A stretch of DNA of 53,855 nucleotides from Candidatus Parcubacteria bacterium. GTDB taxonomy: Bacteria; Patescibacteriota; Saccharimonadia; Saccharimonadales; Saccharimonadaceae. Shown here piece by piece: positions 1-8,598 of this stretch. The DNA lies in contig JAEYUN010000011.1 of the NCBI GenBank assembly GCA_023432475.1, forward strand, positions 1 to 53,855. The letters are read 5' to 3'. Made by a program: the position numbers and the translations under genes. A model generated the notes under the pieces. It ran no database searches and was not told the origin of the DNA. It was given only the letters and a program-made list of their open reading frames with translations. How positions within the stretch are numbered: the first letter of the stretch is position 1; each line of letters opens with the position of its first letter.

Positions 1-836
1 CCCTTGAACTCGGACTCAACTTCTTGGACGGTTTTGCCGCGCAGTAGCGCTAATATCTCCAACAGATTAGAAATGCCGGGTTGGCTAGTCTTGTCGTAGT
101 TGACGGACGCTTTGTCATCGGTGGTGGCGCGCATGATTTTTTTCTTGGCCTCGTCAGGGCTGTCGCTTAGGAAAATCACACCAGCGCCAGATTCATCGCT
201 TTTACTCATTTTCTTACTAGGTTCGAGTAGATCTTTGATACGCAGCCCTTGTTCGTTACCAAAAAACTCGTGTTGTTTTGTGACTGGTTCAGGCACAACG
301 AATAGTTCGCCGAATTTGCTGTTCATGCGTTCGGCGATATCGCGGGTAAACTCAAGGTGTTGAGTCTGGTCATCGCCAACCGGTACATACTTAGCACCAT
401 ATAGCAAAATATCTGCCGCCATGAGGACTGGATAGTTAAATAAGCCGGCACTAATCTGCTCGCTACCGACCTTACCCTGTCTATCCTTAAACTGCGTCAT
501 GCGCTCCAGTTGACCCATACCGGTGAAACAATCTAGTATCCATGTCATTTCACTGTGAGCTGGTACGAAACTTTGTCGGTATAGGTTAATACTGTCGTTA
601 TCAAACGGCAGCCCAGCGGCAGCGTAGACCCGTGCATTGTTTAGCACCGAGGCGTATAGCGGTTTGCCGTATTCGACCGGCGTAGTGAAGCTGTGCAGGT
701 CGGGGATGAACATATTGATTTGGTATTCACTCGCATGTTTTTTAGCCATATCGACAATTGGCAACATGGCACCAAAATAATTGCCAATATGCAGGTCATT
801 ATTTGCCCGTATTCCAGTTAAGATAACGTCTTTCAT
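1..836 (-). CDS. trpS: tryptophanyl-tRNA synthetase, N-terminal part (gene runs off the left window edge)
   Basis: Own translation from ATG at 836: MKDVILTGIRANNDLHIGNYFGAMLPIVDMAKKHASEYQINMFIPDLHSF...GDDQTQHLEFTRDIAERMN...KKMSKSDESGAG. Class-I HIGN and KMSKS motifs are present and the frame stays open to position 1. It is absent from the ORF track because it is open-ended. Confidence 0.85.
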   Translation of the reverse strand, partial: MKDVILTGIRANNDLHIGNYFGAMLPIVDMAKKHASEYQINMFIPDLHSFTTPVEYGKPLYASVLNNARVYAAAGLPFDNDSINLYRQSFVPAHSEMTWILDCFTGMGQLERMTQFKDRQGKVGSEQISAGLFNYPVLMAADILLYGAKYVPVGDDQTQHLEFTRDIAERMNSKFGELFVVPEPVTKQHEFFGNEQGLRIKDLLEPSKKMSKSDESGAGVIFLSDSPDEAKKKIMRATTDDKASVNYDKTSQPGISNLLEILALLRGKTVQEVESEFK

Positions 837-883
837 TAATGACTATTATAGCTCATAAATCGATAATTGAACTGTCACTAAAA

Positions 884-910
884 GAAAAGAACCCTGTAAG
901 AGTTCTTTTC
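884..910 (-). terminator. rho-independent terminator after rpsI
   Basis: GAAAAGAAC (884-892) pairs with GTTCTTTTC (902-910), a 9-bp stem. On the minus strand it is followed by TTTTAG. Confidence 0.7.
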
Positions 911-930
911 TGCAAGTTAGTCTTGAAGTC

Positions 931-1332
931 TTAGCGCTTCGAGAACTGTTCGCGCTTGCGAGCCGAACGCAGACCATACTTCTTGCGTTCTTTTTCGCGT
1001 GGATCGCGTTTGAAGTGACCGGCTTTTTTGAGCGAGGCTTTCATAGTTTCGTCCATTTCGCCGATTGCTTTGCTGATAGCCAGCTTGGCAGCGTCAACCT
1101 GACCGCTAGTACCACCACCTTTGATAACCAGGCTGACGTCAAATTCTTTTTGCTTACCGACAAGAGCTAGTGGGTCGGTTAGCTCGGCTAGTTGAGTAGT
1201 GTTGCCGTTGAAATATTCTTCAGCCGGTTTGCCGTTGACAACAATCGCCCCTTTGCCGCCGCTTAGGCGGGCGCGGGCGGTCGCTTCTTTGCGGCGGCCT
1301 AGACCGTAGAAATAGCTATTTGCTTTTGCCAT
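931..1332 (-). CDS. rpsI: 30S ribosomal protein S9
   Basis: MAKANSYFYGLGRRKEATARARL...KKYGLRSARKREQFSKR. Canonical S9 ends; lies directly after rplM. Confidence 0.97.
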   Translation of the reverse strand: MAKANSYFYGLGRRKEATARARLSGGKGAIVVNGKPAEEYFNGNTTQLAELTDPLALVGKQKEFDVSLVIKGGGTSGQVDAAKLAISKAIGEMDETMKASLKKAGHFKRDPREKERKKYGLRSARKREQFSKR

Positions 1333-1333
1333 A

Positions 1334-1765
1334 TTACTTTACCTCCAGTTTAACTGGCTTTTGGGCTTCGTGAGTATGCTCTGACCCTGCGAAAACACGC
1401 AGGCGAGCCAAACGCTCGGGAGCTAGTTTGTTCTTTGGAACCATACCGCGGACAGCTTTTTCGATAACCTTAGTGACATCGAGCTCACGAACTTCTTTAA
1501 GGCTGCGCGACTTGATGCCACCCGGGAAACCGCTGTGACGGTAATAGGTTTTGGCTTCTTCTTTGTTGCCGGTGACGATCAGTTTGGCGGCGTTGATAAC
1601 GATAACGTAGTCACCGTCGTCGACATGCGGCGTGAAAGTCGGCTTGTATTTGCCATTTAGACGAGTAGCGATAAAGCTAGCCAGGCGCCCCAGGGGAGCG
1701 TCGGAAGCGTCAACCAGTACCCATTTGCGGTCAATATCGGCAGATTTGAGTGAAAAAGTTTTCAT
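1334..1765 (-). CDS. rplM: 50S ribosomal protein L13
   Basis: MKTFSLKSADIDRKWVLVDASDAPLGRLAS...; L13 signature and the rplM-rpsI pair. Confidence 0.97.
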   Translation of the reverse strand: MKTFSLKSADIDRKWVLVDASDAPLGRLASFIATRLNGKYKPTFTPHVDDGDYVIVINAAKLIVTGNKEEAKTYYRHSGFPGGIKSRSLKEVRELDVTKVIEKAVRGMVPKNKLAPERLARLRVFAGSEHTHEAQKPVKLEVK

Positions 1766-1767
1766 GG

Positions 1768-2211
1768 TTATTTCTCCTCCGCTTTCTTGGCGGTCTTTTT
1801 AGGAGCTTCTTTCGGGGTGGCGGCGGGTTTGTCGGCTTCTTTGACGGCAGATATGTCGTCGACAAAGCTGATTTGGGCTAGCTGAGCATTGTCGCCGACG
1901 CGCAACTTGGTGCGCTTGATGCGCAAGTGACCGCTGGTGCGAACAGTTAACTTCGGTGCGATTTCGTCCACCAGTTTCTGAGCTGCGTCGATAGTCGACA
2001 GGCCGCCAATAACTTGACGACGGTTATGCAGGTCACCCTTTTTAGCTTTGGTGATGAGTCCTTCGACATAAGGCAAGACTTCTTTAGCTTTTGGCAAAGT
2101 CGTCTCGATAGTGCCGTAGGTCACCAAGCTAGTAGCCAAACCCTTGATAAGAGCCCGGCGAGGGCCAGCTTCGCGGCGGAATTTACGTCCTTTATATCCG
2201 TGTCGGTGCAT
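1768..2211 (-). CDS. rplQ: 50S ribosomal protein L17 with Lys/Ala/Pro-rich C-terminal tail
   Basis: MHRHGYKGRKFRREAGPRRALIKGLATSL...; follows rpoA as in the alpha operon. Confidence 0.96.
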   Translation of the reverse strand: MHRHGYKGRKFRREAGPRRALIKGLATSLVTYGTIETTLPKAKEVLPYVEGLITKAKKGDLHNRRQVIGGLSTIDAAQKLVDEIAPKLTVRTSGHLRIKRTKLRVGDNAQLAQISFVDDISAVKEADKPAATPKEAPKKTAKKAEEK

Positions 2212-2214
2212 AAA

Positions 2215-3138
2215 CTAGAACTCCATCTCCGCTAGGGCGTCCTTGACCTCGTCAAGCGCTTTGCTACCAAAGCCCTTCAGTTCACGCAAATCTGATTCAC
2301 TTAAAGTAACCAGGTCATTAATGGTGCGGATGTCGTTGTTAATAAGCGCGTTGGTAGTGCGAGCGCTGAGATTCAGCTCTTCGATAGGCATCATCAGCTT
2401 ATTAGCACTGTCACTATCGTTACCGACCAGGCTTGGAGCGGCTTCGATAGTGGTCGAGCCGGCCAGGGCCGTGTATTGGTTAACCAATATAGCGGCGGCT
2501 TCTTCGAAAGCGTCTTTTGGTGTCATCGAACCGTCGGTATCGATGGTGAGCAGCAGCTTGTCGAGGTTGGTGATTTGACCGACGCGGGTGTTTTCAACCT
2601 TGTAACGAACACGCTGAACCGGGCTGAAGAAAGCGTCAAGGGCAATCATATCACTGTGAATACGCTTGTTGCTGGATTCTTCAATAGTGCGGTAACCACG
2701 ACCGGTCTCAACGACCAGGTGGATTTTAACGCTAGCTTTAGGATCGTCGATAGTACAGATAACGGCTTCTGGGTTAATTACCTCAACGTCAGCCGTCAAC
2801 TTAATATCGCCAGCCGTAACTGCACCAGCACCTTTTTTCTCCAAAGTCAGCTCAACCGGTTCGTCACTAGCGGAACGCAAGTGAACCCCTTTGAGGTTTA
2901 GCATGATATCGACGACATCTTCTTTAACACCTTTAATAGTGGTGAATTCGTGGGTGACACCTTCAACGCGAAACGCAGTGAAAGCAGCACCAGCTATGCT
3001 AGACAGTAAGACGCGGCGAAGGCTATTGCCCAGTGTCATACCATATCCAGCGTGCAATGGTTCTACAACAAAGGTAGCACTGGTGGCATTGTGCTCGTCA
3101 ATGCGAGCGAGTGTTGGGTTGTGAATTGCTTGTGACAT
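2215..3138 (-). CDS. rpoA: DNA-directed RNA polymerase subunit alpha
   Basis: The ORF-track ORF is 2215..3174. I prefer the ATG at 3138 (MSQAIHNPTLARIDE...), which is preceded by AGGAAGG. The longer ORF would overlap the rpsD stop. The C-terminal domain ...NLSARTTNALINNDIRTINDL... is present. Confidence 0.93.
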   Translation of the reverse strand: MSQAIHNPTLARIDEHNATSATFVVEPLHAGYGMTLGNSLRRVLLSSIAGAAFTAFRVEGVTHEFTTIKGVKEDVVDIMLNLKGVHLRSASDEPVELTLEKKGAGAVTAGDIKLTADVEVINPEAVICTIDDPKASVKIHLVVETGRGYRTIEESSNKRIHSDMIALDAFFSPVQRVRYKVENTRVGQITNLDKLLLTIDTDGSMTPKDAFEEAAAILVNQYTALAGSTTIEAAPSLVGNDSDSANKLMMPIEELNLSARTTNALINNDIRTINDLVTLSESDLRELKGFGSKALDEVKDALAEMEF

Positions 3139-3154
3139 CTCTTTAGCCTTCCTT

Positions 3155-3772
3155 TTAGCGTGAGTAGTACTCAACGATTAGTTGTTCGTTAATATCCGCT
3201 TCGGCATCTGCACGAGTTGGCAGGCCGGTTATCGTGATAGTCATTTTTTTCGGGTCGCTCTTGAACCAGCCGAACGTCGGTTGGTTAGCGTCTTTAATAA
3301 CCTCATCTAGACCCGAGAAGTACCCGCTTTTAGTGCTTTTAGGACGAACTGTTAGCACGTCGCCAGCTTTTAGGCGAATTGACGGAATGTCGACGCGGCG
3401 GCCGTTCAACATAAAATGGCCGTGCCCAACCAGTTGGCGGGCAGCTCGTCGGCTCAGGGCAAACCCAGAGCGGTAAACGACATTGTCCAAGCGACGCTCG
3501 AGTAGTTGCAGCAGATTCTCGCCTGATTTGCCTTCCTGGCGGGTGGCTTCTTTCATAAGCAGGGAGAATTGTTTTTCCAGTAGGCCGTATAGACGACGAA
3601 CTTTCTGCTTTTCGCGTAACTGCTGGGCGTACATACTAACCTTACCTTGGCGGTCTCGGCTGTGTTGACCAGGTATACCGCTTTTGCGGGCCATGATTTT
3701 GTGCGCTTTAGGGTGTAGGGCGTAGCCCTCCCGACGACTTTGCTTAACAATAGGGTCGCGATCTCGTGCCAT
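3155..3772 (-). CDS. rpsD: 30S ribosomal protein S4
   Basis: MARDRDPIVKQSRREGYALHPKAHK... The start at 3772 abuts the rpsK stop (3774); the ORF-track extension to 3811 would overlap rpsK. Confidence 0.93.
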   Translation of the reverse strand: MARDRDPIVKQSRREGYALHPKAHKIMARKSGIPGQHSRDRQGKVSMYAQQLREKQKVRRLYGLLEKQFSLLMKEATRQEGKSGENLLQLLERRLDNVVYRSGFALSRRAARQLVGHGHFMLNGRRVDIPSIRLKAGDVLTVRPKSTKSGYFSGLDEVIKDANQPTFGWFKSDPKKMTITITGLPTRADAEADINEQLIVEYYSR

Positions 3773-3773
3773 A

Positions 3774-4184
3774 TTAGCCTCTCCTTGCCTTTGGTGGACG
3801 CGTGCCGCCATGTGGTATGCCGGTTACGTCTTTAATACTGTCGATAGCAATGTCAAAGCTCTGCATACTACGGATAGCAGCGTCGCGGCCTAGGCCAACG
3901 CCTTTAACGAAAACATCTACTTTGCTGAGGCCAAATTGACTTTTAGCGATTTCGGCGGCTTTTTCGCTGGCGACTTGCGCGGCATAAGCGGTGCCTTTTT
4001 TGCTACCCTTAAAACCACAGGCGCCAGCGCTAGATTGCGACAAAACATTACCTTTGGTATCTGTGAATGAAACGATCGTATTATTAAATGTTGCCAAGAT
4101 ATGCAACTGACCAGTCGGGACCGATCGGCGCTGCTTTTTCTTGGTCGTCGCTTTAGCGACTGGACTTGAAACTGTATCTGCCAT
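3774..4184 (-). CDS. rpsK: 30S ribosomal protein S11
   Basis: ...VPTGQLHILATFNNTIVSFTDTKGNVLSQSSAGACGFKGSKKGTAYAAQ...; canonical S11. Confidence 0.97.
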   Translation of the reverse strand: MADTVSSPVAKATTKKKQRRSVPTGQLHILATFNNTIVSFTDTKGNVLSQSSAGACGFKGSKKGTAYAAQVASEKAAEIAKSQFGLSKVDVFVKGVGLGRDAAIRSMQSFDIAIDSIKDVTGIPHGGTRPPKARRG

Positions 4185-4199
4185 ATATCAATCCTTATT

Positions 4200-4586
4200 T
4201 TAAGTCTTAGTTGCTGCCTTAGGTTGAGCGCCACCAACGGCAATACGTTTGCCACGGCGGGTACGGGCGTTGGTACGTGTGCGCTGCCCTCGACTAGGCA
4301 GGTTGTTTTTGTGGCGAACACCACGGTAACTCTGAATATCTTTCAAGCGTTTGATGTTATTGGCGACAACACGTTGCAGGTCACCCTCAACAACATAGTT
4401 AGCGTCCACTTCATCGCGTATAGCTTTGAGTTCGCCTTCAGTCAGGTCTTTGACGCGAGTAGTCGGATCGACTTGAGTGGCTTCCAATATGGCCGCCGAA
4501 TGTTTCGGACCGACGCCGTATATGTAAGTCAAGGCGACATGGACCTGCTTTTCGTTCGGAATATCAACGTTAGCAATACGGGCCAT
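4200..4586 (-). CDS. rpsM: 30S ribosomal protein S13
   Basis: [30 protein letters not shown]...; canonical S13. Confidence 0.97.
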   Translation of the reverse strand: MARIANVDIPNEKQVHVALTYIYGVGPKHSAAILEATQVDPTTRVKDLTEGELKAIRDEVDANYVVEGDLQRVVANNIKRLKDIQSYRGVRHKNNLPSRGQRTRTNARTRRGKRIAVGGAQPKAATKT

Positions 4587-4588
4587 AT

Positions 4589-4705
4589 TTAACCTTGCCT
4601 CTGCTTGTTCTTGGGTTTCTTTTTGTTGATGACATAGAGCCGCCCTTTGCGGCGGACAATAATATCATCGGGACTGATTTTTTTGACACTGGCTCGGACT
4701 TTCAC
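4589..4705 (-). CDS. rpmJ: 50S ribosomal protein L36 (GTG start, 38 aa)
   Basis: Not in the ORF track. Own translation of the minus strand: (V/M)[37 protein letters not shown], stop at 4589-4591. GGGGAGA lies upstream of the GTG at 4705. Sits in the expected slot between infA and rpsM. Confidence 0.9.
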   Translation of the reverse strand: MKVRASVKKISPDDIIVRRKGRLYVINKKKPKNKQRQG

Positions 4706-4728
4706 GAGACGTATCTCCCCTAGTTAGT

Positions 4729-4977
4729 TTAATGATTTTGAGCGTTAGGCCGCTCATCCTTAAGTCGGAAGCTGATTCTGCCCTTTGTAAGATCGTAAGG
4801 GGTTAACTCGACTTCGACTTTATCGCCCGGCACCAACCGTATGTAGTGCTTGCGCATCTTCCCTGACACGTGAGCGATTATCATATGACCGTTCTCGAGT
4901 TCGACACGAAACTGAGCATTAGGCAGTGCTTCTACTACCTTACCCTGCAGTTTGATGACTTCCTTGTTTGCGGACAT
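4729..4977 (-). CDS. infA: translation initiation factor IF-1
   Basis: ...[64 protein letters not shown]...; S1-like IF-1. Confidence 0.96.
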   Translation of the reverse strand: MSANKEVIKLQGKVVEALPNAQFRVELENGHMIIAHVSGKMRKHYIRLVPGDKVEVELTPYDLTKGRISFRLKDERPNAQNH

Positions 4978-5120
4978 AAGTTACAAACGTACATTGTACA
5001 TTAAAATTAACAGCGTGTAAACAGATAAGAGCAACTTTCTTCAAATTGCTTGAAGGACTTAGTTGAATTAGTACTATTTTACCATATTGGGCACTTTGTA
5101 AACAATAAATTAGTGCTGAG

Positions 5121-5166
5121 CTAATAAAGCGAACACCCGCCCCCTGACCAGCGGGAGCGGTGTCGC
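5121..5166 (-). terminator. GC-rich hairpin plus TTTATT downstream of the 107-aa gene
   Basis: Minus strand: GCGACACCGC...GCGGGTGTTCGC (10 bp with 2 bulges, plus an inner CCC/GGG pair), followed by TTTATTAG. Confidence 0.55.
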
Positions 5167-5179
5167 TCGACCGGTCCGG

Positions 5180-5503
5180 TCAGGTAGCGGGATTGATGTC
5201 GAGCACATAGCCTAAGCCGTGCTCGATGGCGATGGCAGGAAGCATCTTTTTGGCAAGCTTAGCGTGGTTTTTGGCGGACGCCAATCTCTCCTCACGCGTA
5301 AAGTTACCGTATTTCATGCCATCTTTCGTCATGGACCTCAGCCAGTTAGCTGCCTCTGACTCATGTCCACGGCGGATTGCTTCAATGACTCGAGGGTCGC
5401 TCACACGACCGTGCTCATCGGTAAACCACTGGTGAGCATGGAAGGTAACATCCCTCTTGAGAGCTTCTTGCTGAAGCCTCTCCAAACTCCAACGTTTAGC
5501 CAT
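5180..5503 (-). CDS. hypothetical protein, 107 aa (orphan gene in the slot where adk/map usually sit)
   Basis: Clean ORF MAKRWSLERLQQEALKRDVTFHAHQWFTDEHGRVSDPRVIEAIRRGHESEAANWL... I recognise no motif. It has its own promoter and terminator. Confidence 0.65.
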   Translation of the reverse strand: MAKRWSLERLQQEALKRDVTFHAHQWFTDEHGRVSDPRVIEAIRRGHESEAANWLRSMTKDGMKYGNFTREERLASAKNHAKLAKKMLPAIAIEHGLGYVLDINPAT

Positions 5504-5509
5504 ATAGAT

Positions 5510-5538
5510 ATTATATAATTTAATAAACGCGAAATCAA
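5510..5538 (-). promoter_or_regulatory. sigma70-type promoter TTGATT-17-TATAAT, 6 nt from the ATG (leaderless geometry)
   Basis: Minus strand reads TTGATT tcgcgtttattaaatta TATAAT atctat ATG. The -35 box (5533-5538) overlaps the secY stop codon (5535-5537). No SD is present. Confidence 0.6.
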
Positions 5539-6962
5539 TAGTTGTCGTACGTAACCATCAGGGCGCGAGAGTTGACTTGGCGCAGGGTTTCAATGGCTAC
5601 TGAGACCACGATAAGTAGTCCGGTACCGCCAATGGCTAAGTTGGCTGCGTTGATACCCATTTGGGCAAAGATATACTCGAAGGCGAATGGCAACACGGCA
5701 ATCAGACCAAGCGCCAAAGAACCAAACAACGTTAAGCGGTTAACTGTGGTTGAGAGATATTTCTCAGTTTGCGGTCCTGGGCGAATACCCTCTATGAAAC
5801 CGCCTTGTTTTTGCAGACTTTCACTGATCTCGCTACTGTTGAATACTATGCCGGTGTAAAAGTAAGTAAACAGCACCACCAAAAGGAAGTATGTCGCAGG
5901 ATATATAAAGACTGTCCAGTCGGTGTTTGTCAGGTAAGTCGTGGCAGTTGGAGTTTGGAACCAGTTAACCAAGTTTTCGCCCAGACTGACCATATTGGGA
6001 TTGTCCTGCATGGTACGCAATAATTGCCCGACAAAGGCCGGCAGAGCCAGAAAGGCGACGGCGAATATAACCGGTATTACCCCGGCAGTGATAATTTTGA
6101 CTGGCAGAATGCTCTTAACACCCGAGTAGGCCGTATTACCGTGAACACGTTTGGCGTAGTTGATAGTTATGATACGCTGAGCTTCATTAATCTTAACCAG
6201 CAAATATAACACCAGTAAGCCGACCGCCAAAATGCCAAGTATCACCCAGAAAGCCACAGCATTGACGGGAACCGTAAACCAGTTAAATACGTGCAACATG
6301 TCAGCCTCGCTGCCAACAGTAACTAGCGAGCTCCAGACAGTCGAAAAAGTACTCGGCAACTGGGCAATAATACCGGCGAAAATCAGTAACGAGATACCGT
6401 TACCAATACCCTTTTCTGTAATTAACTCCCCTAACCACATCATGATGACCGCACCAGCCGTCATAGCGGTAACGGAAAGTACCCACTCAAACGGCGAAGT
6501 AGCGTCGAGCACGGCGGTATTGCCGGCGAGAACGGTTTGTCTAATAATCATGATAAAAGCAATCGACTGGAGCACTGCTAGAGGTACCGTAATCATACGG
6601 GTCCACTGGTTGATTTTCCGACGGCCAGATTCACCGTCCTTGTGAAGCTCTTCTAGGCGGGGTATAGCTTTAGTCAACAGCTGAGTGATAACCGAAGCGG
6701 TTATATATGGGCTGAGACCTACTAAAACTATACTCAAGCTCGCCAAAGCGCCACCAGTAAGCAGGTTCATGAAGCCGCCCAGGTCAGTCGAGCCAATAGC
6801 GGTATCGATAATTTGGCGCAGCGTAGTCGGTTCGGCAAGAGGAACCGGAATCTGACTTAGAAAACGGAACACCACTACCAAGCCAAGTACCGTGCCGATG
6901 CGCTTTAGCATGTCACGGTTTTTCAACGAACGAAAAATGTTCTTCCAGTTCATAAAGTTCAA
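5535..6962 (-). CDS. secY: preprotein translocase subunit SecY
   Basis: 475-aa multi-TM protein ...GLSPYITASVITQLLTKAIPRLEELHKDGESGRRKINQWTR... The start is either TTG at 6962 or ATG at 6953. Confidence 0.95.
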   Translation of the reverse strand: MNFMNWKNIFRSLKNRDMLKRIGTVLGLVVVFRFLSQIPVPLAEPTTLRQIIDTAIGSTDLGGFMNLLTGGALASLSIVLVGLSPYITASVITQLLTKAIPRLEELHKDGESGRRKINQWTRMITVPLAVLQSIAFIMIIRQTVLAGNTAVLDATSPFEWVLSVTAMTAGAVIMMWLGELITEKGIGNGISLLIFAGIIAQLPSTFSTVWSSLVTVGSEADMLHVFNWFTVPVNAVAFWVILGILAVGLLVLYLLVKINEAQRIITINYAKRVHGNTAYSGVKSILPVKIITAGVIPVIFAVAFLALPAFVGQLLRTMQDNPNMVSLGENLVNWFQTPTATTYLTNTDWTVFIYPATYFLLVVLFTYFYTGIVFNSSEISESLQKQGGFIEGIRPGPQTEKYLSTTVNRLTLFGSLALGLIAVLPFAFEYIFAQMGINAANLAIGGTGLLIVVSVAIETLRQVNSRALMVTYDNY

Positions 6963-7026
6963 TAAGCCCTTCTTTTACTCATAATAGATTACCAGTTATT
7001 GCAGTGTTTTGTCCAGGGAGATGCTA

Positions 7027-7060
7027 TTAATAAAGCACTCCGCGAAGAGTGCCTTATTAA
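7027..7060 (-). terminator. long hairpin between rplO and secY
   Basis: TTAATAAaGCACTC cgcgaa GAGTGCcTTATTAA: 13 bp with one mismatch; the U-rich stretch lies inside the 3' arm. Confidence 0.5.
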
Positions 7061-7086
7061 TAAGTAGCCTTTTAAAAACCTTGAGC

Positions 7087-7590
7087 TTATTTTTCTGCAG
7101 CGTTTTTTTCGGCTTTATCGATCTTTTTCAGGTTTTGACTAGCTGGGAGCTCGGCAACCGGCACGCTCTCAAACTTACCGCCTGCTTTTTCTATCTGTTT
7201 GATAGCCCCGGTACTAGCAGACTGGACTTTTATGACAGCCTTGCCGCTATATTCACCGCGAGCGATAATCTTAACGGTATGATACGGCGTAGCTATCAAA
7301 CCGGCGTCGTATAGCTTGGTCGAGTCAATTGTAGCGCCTTTTACTTCGTTCAGTTGACCAGTGTATACTACTTGAGCCTTGGCTCGAAGACTACGAAAGC
7401 CACGCTTTTTCGGAATACGCTGAACCAATACGCCTTGGCCGCCCATGAAAGTAGAGCCAAACTTCTTACCAGTGCGTGAGCCTTGGCCTTTGGTGCCACG
7501 ACCGGCAGTTTTACCCTGACCGGCAGCTATACCACGCCCAACACGTTTGCGGCTCTTGTTAGCAGTAAGGTTTAATTCGTTGTACTTCAT
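7087..7590 (-). CDS. rplO: 50S ribosomal protein L15 (extended C-terminus)
   Basis: MKYNELNLTANKSRKRVGRGIAAGQGKTAGRGTKGQGSR...; canonical L15 N-terminus. Confidence 0.96.
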   Translation of the reverse strand: MKYNELNLTANKSRKRVGRGIAAGQGKTAGRGTKGQGSRTGKKFGSTFMGGQGVLVQRIPKKRGFRSLRAKAQVVYTGQLNEVKGATIDSTKLYDAGLIATPYHTVKIIARGEYSGKAVIKVQSASTGAIKQIEKAGGKFESVPVAELPASQNLKKIDKAEKNAAEK

Positions 7591-8240
7591 TATTTGTCCC
7601 CTTTGGCTGCAGCCGTTTTAGCTTTAGGGCTACTCGCAGCCGATTTTGTCTTCGGTGCTTTCTTCTCAGCTGTAACCCACTGATCCTTAGGAACTAGGCT
7701 TTTCAAAGCTTCGATGGTCGCATAAGCGATATTAACTTTGTTGGTACTACCGAGGGATTTTGAAAGCAAGTCAGTCAGCCCGGTAACGCCGACGACTGAA
7801 CGGACAACCCCGCCGGCGATAATACCGGTACCAGGAGCAGCTCGCTTTAGTAGGACGCGGGCACCATCTAGTTTAACTTCGACGTCATGAGGAATAGTTG
7901 CATTAACAATTGGAACCGTAATCATACTCTTCTTAGCTACTTCGGTGGCTTTAGCTACAGCCAACTGTACGTCAGAGCCTTTTGCGACACCGACACCAAC
8001 CTTATTTTTGCGGTCACCAACTACAACTAGAGCCTTGAAGCGGAAACGACGACCGCCTTTAACGACACGAGCGACACGGTCGATGGCAATAACGTTTTCT
8101 TCAAAAAGCTTTTCCTCGCGCGGCATATCACTTCTGCGTTGATCACGACGCGGACCACCACCACGGCGGTCATTACCGCGCTGCGGGCGAGCTGGCGCTG
8201 AGGCCGGAGCTTGAGCGGTTGTTTTTACATCTTCAGCCAT
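7590..8240 (-). CDS. rpsE: 30S ribosomal protein S5 (Arg/Gly/Pro-rich N-terminal and Lys/Ala-rich C-terminal extensions)
   Basis: Start chosen at ATG 8240 (MAEDVKTTAQ...), right after the rplR stop at 8242. The core is ...EENVIAIDRVARVVKGGRRFRFKALVVVGD... The gene overlaps rplO by 1 nt, so there is no room for rpmD. Confidence 0.93.
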   Translation of the reverse strand: MAEDVKTTAQAPASAPARPQRGNDRRGGGPRRDQRRSDMPREEKLFEENVIAIDRVARVVKGGRRFRFKALVVVGDRKNKVGVGVAKGSDVQLAVAKATEVAKKSMITVPIVNATIPHDVEVKLDGARVLLKRAAPGTGIIAGGVVRSVVGVTGLTDLLSKSLGSTNKVNIAYATIEALKSLVPKDQWVTAEKKAPKTKSAASSPKAKTAAAKGDK

Positions 8241-8241
8241 A

Positions 8242-8595
8242 TTAGAACTCCAATCCTTCCTTGCGAGCAGCATCAGCAAAAGCCTTGAGCCTGCCAGCAT
8301 ATTTACGTCCATTACGGTCAAAAACTACGGTAGTAATTTTGGCTTTTTTGGCTTTTTTGGCAATATCGTCGCCAACCTTGGCAGCTTTTTCACTCATGGT
8401 GCCGGTCATTTTTCTACCCACTGTAGTGGCACTAACCAGCGTGTGGCCAGTAACATCGTCGATAAGTTGTGCCGAAACATGCAAGTTAGAGATTGTTACA
8501 CTGAGGCGTGGGCGCTCAGCTGTGCCGCTAACGACCGAACGAACGCGGTTTTTGCGCAAGGAACGGCCAAGTAATTTTTTAGCTAGGTTATTCAT
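8242..8595 (-). CDS. rplR: 50S ribosomal protein L18
   Basis: ...RPRLSVTISNLHVSAQLIDDVTGHTLVSATT...VVFDRNGRKYAGRLKAFADAARKEGLEF. Confidence 0.97.
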   Translation of the reverse strand: MNNLAKKLLGRSLRKNRVRSVVSGTAERPRLSVTISNLHVSAQLIDDVTGHTLVSATTVGRKMTGTMSEKAAKVGDDIAKKAKKAKITTVVFDRNGRKYAGRLKAFADAARKEGLEF

Positions 8596-8598
8596 GGC

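Noticed and set aside
100-363. ORF 100..363 + (87 aa).
   Set aside because: It is antisense to the clearly coding trpS frame.
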